From the NCBI GenBank assembly GCA_051294375.1, contig CM119270.1, positions 21,567,532 through 21,631,528 of the forward strand: a stretch of 63,997 bases of DNA. Direction: 5' to 3'. Positions 61,618-63,997 of the stretch are shown piece by piece; position 1 is the first letter of the stretch; each line of letters starts with the position of its first letter. A model generated the notes under the pieces. It worked only from the letters and a program-made list of their open reading frames with translations. It had not been told where the DNA came from and ran no database searches. The stretch is from Paraspadella gotoi. Lineage: Eukaryota; Animalia; Chaetognatha. A program made the position numbers and the translations under genes.

Positions 61618-63625
61618 TACATAGGAGTTTATTCAAAAGAATGACTACTGCCGTTCCTCGCCCCCTCAACATACATTAGTCGATTTAGTATGGCTTTTCT
61701 TTCTCTCTCATTCGTCTCTCTACGAGCTCTCGTCGTCTCATCTCAGAGTTATTAAAGATGGCCTACTGCCCTTCCTCACCGCCTCACATACATTAGTCAT
61801 GTAAGTAATGGCTTTTGCTTTGCTCTCTCCTCGTCGTGCCGGCTCTCCTACTCTCACTCATGACTGCTCTCCTCTCTCTCAGAAGTTTTATTCAAGGAGA
61901 ATGCCTAGCTGCCTTCCTGCCCGCTCACATACATTAAGTCATTTAGTATGGCTTGTTCTTTCTCTCTCTCTCTCTCTCTCTCGCGAATCATCATCTCTCT
62001 CTCAGAGTTATTCAAGATGCTACTGCCTCCTCGCCCTCACATTAACATTAGTCATTAAGTAATAGGCTTTTCTTTCTCTCTCTTCATCTCTCTCTCTTCT
62101 CTCCCTCTCTCACTCTCTCTTCTCTGCTCTCTCTCAGAGTTATTCCAAAGATGCCTACTGCCTTGCCGTTCCCCCTCACATACATTAGTCATTTAGTATG
62201 GCTTTTCTTTTATCTCTCTCTCTCTCATACGTCTCTCTCTCCGTCTCATGCTATTCATTGCTCTCAGAGTTATTCAAAGATGCCGTACATGGCTTACTCC
62301 ACCCCCTGCACCTAAGTTCCAAGAGTCAGGGGGTCGCCAGCATAGCATATATATTTATTAATGATGGTAGATGTTTTATTTATATTGGGTTTGTACCAAT
62401 TTTCATAAAATTCCAGCTCACTTGATTATTTTGAATGATAGATGTGCAGGAGTAAACAGATAAGTGATTCCGCCGATCTAAATACTTAAGGGAGTGGTCT
62501 TTTCATAAGCAATTGAAACAGTTCTTTTGAAAAATATTTTCGCACTGTCATGGTTGATAAGGAAGCCAGGTTAACTCTGGGAGTGAAATAAACGAGACTA
62601 GTGAGAAGAGTCTTGATTGAAAGCTTGCAGGGACCTGCATAATGTCATTATCTTGTAAGAGTGATGGAGGCCTAAACCACCAAGCGCTGTTTCGCAAAGT
62701 CAGTGGCATAGAATAGCTTATTTATTAAATGAATGGAATAAGTTTGTTATATTGGTGTTGTACCAATTTCATAAGAAATTCAGCTCCATGTAATTTATTG
62801 ATGCTAGTGCGGAGGTACAATAAGTATTCCACCGATCTAATACTTGAGGGAGTAGGTCCTTTTTCAAAAACATACAATGATGGAAAGCATTCTTTGAAAT
62901 ATTTTCCACGTTCATTGATAAGGAAGCCAGGGTACTCATGGGAGTGAATAAAAGCGAGACTGTGAGAGAGTCTTGATTGAAAGGGCGTATGCAGGGACCT
63001 GCTATGTCATTATCTTGTAAGAGTGATGGAAGGCCCTTAAAGCCTACCCAGGCCTGTCCCAAAGTCAGGGGCAAGATTACCTTTATTTATTAAAATGAAA
63101 TGGATAATTGTTTATATTGTTGAAAACGCAATTTTCAATATGCATTAGGTCATTTAGTTATGGCTTTCTTTTGCTATCTGCTCTCGTCTTTCTCTCTCTC
63201 TGCCGCGTCTCCTCTCTCTCTCGTCGTCTCTCCTGCCTCTCAGAGTTATTCAAAGATACCTACTGCCTCCTCCCCTCACATAACTTAAGTCATTTAGTAT
63301 GCATTTTTTCTTTTCATCTGCTTCTCTCTCGTCTCTCAGTCCCGTCGCTCTCTGGCTCTCGCTCGAAGTCCTCTCTCTCTCTCGAGAGTTATTCAAAGAT
63401 GCCATATTGCCTTCCATTCCTCTCAACACATACATTAGTGCATTTAGTAGGGCTTTTGCTCTCTTCTCCTCGATCTCTTAATCTCGGTCTGTCGCTCCTC
63501 TCATCTCTCTTTTTAATCTTTCTCTCATCAATCTCTCATCTCAGAGTTATTCCAAAGATGCCATACTTGCCTTCCCTCCCTCACATACATTAGTCATGTT
63601 AGTAATGGCTTTTTCGCTTTCTTCT
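61618..63625. repeat. Composite satellite: about 9 copies of a ~70-nt core plus (CT)n, interrupted by about 2.3 copies of a ~357-nt unit (62320-63135)
   Basis: Recurring core CAGAGTTATTCAAAGATGCCTACTGCC...CACATACATTAGTCATTTAGTATGGCTTTT. The long-unit anchor ATACTT(A/G)AGGGAGT occurs near 62482 and 62840. Confidence 0.88.
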
Positions 63626-63997
63626 CATCTCTCTCTCTCTCTCTCTCTCGTCTCGTCTGTCTCTCGTCTATCCTTTTCTCTCTCATGCTCTCTTTCCTCT
63701 CTCTCTCTCATCTGCTTTCTCCCTCTCTCTCTCAGCTCTGTCTCCCGCTGCCATCTCTCTGCTCCTCTCTCTCTGCATTCTCTCTCTCGCTCTCTCTTAT
63801 CTCTCATCTCTTCAGTCTCTCCCTCTCTCTCTCGTCCGTTGTCTCTCTTCACTCGTCCTCCACGTCTCTCCGCTCATTTCCTCTCTCTCCTCGACTCCTC
63901 TCCTGACGTCTGCTGCTCTCGGTTTCTGTCTGTCTCTCATCTCCTCTTTCACATCTCTCTCTCCTTAGTCTCTCCTCTCCTCTCTCCGGTCCATCTT

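Noticed and set aside
61618-63625. CRISPR-like pattern of a constant core with variable spacers
   Set aside because: The spacers are noisy (CT)n microsatellite, the core is ~70 nt, there are no cas genes and the context is eukaryotic.

Overview
Eukaryotic (animal, probably invertebrate) genomic scaffold. It has spliceosomal GT-AG introns, dense (GA)n/(GAC)n/(GAAA)n microsatellites, many N gaps and patches of indel-rich sequence typical of long-read gap filling. Almost all ORFs in the supplied track are low-complexity or N-spanning noise. Reading splice sites and codon phases by hand recovers three multi-exon genes. (1) The 3' four exons of a fibrinogen-related domain (FReD) gene, + strand, 6251-8525. 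(2) A minus-strand type I membrane protein with two tandem SUEL/rhamnose-binding-lectin-like domains, an S/T/A-rich stalk, one TM helix and a long low-complexity tail (EVA-1-like architecture), from 42146 down to at least 17700. (3) The 5' part of an atypical synaptotagmin-like gene, + strand, 57381-61149. Four intact tRNA genes (Arg-ACG, Asn-GTT, Glu-TTC, intron-containing Tyr-GTA) sit inside one 1.06-kb intron of the lectin gene. A tRNA-derived SINE-like family occurs about 7 times, alongside many minisatellites. The most unusual signal is that several tandem arrays are built from 5' splice-donor sequence and start exactly at exon ends, including a 798-nt GT...AG segment made almost entirely of about 43 donor-like repeats. 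A 3.7-kb inverted duplication and several foldbacks are probably assembly artefacts. I found no CRISPR array or prokaryotic system.
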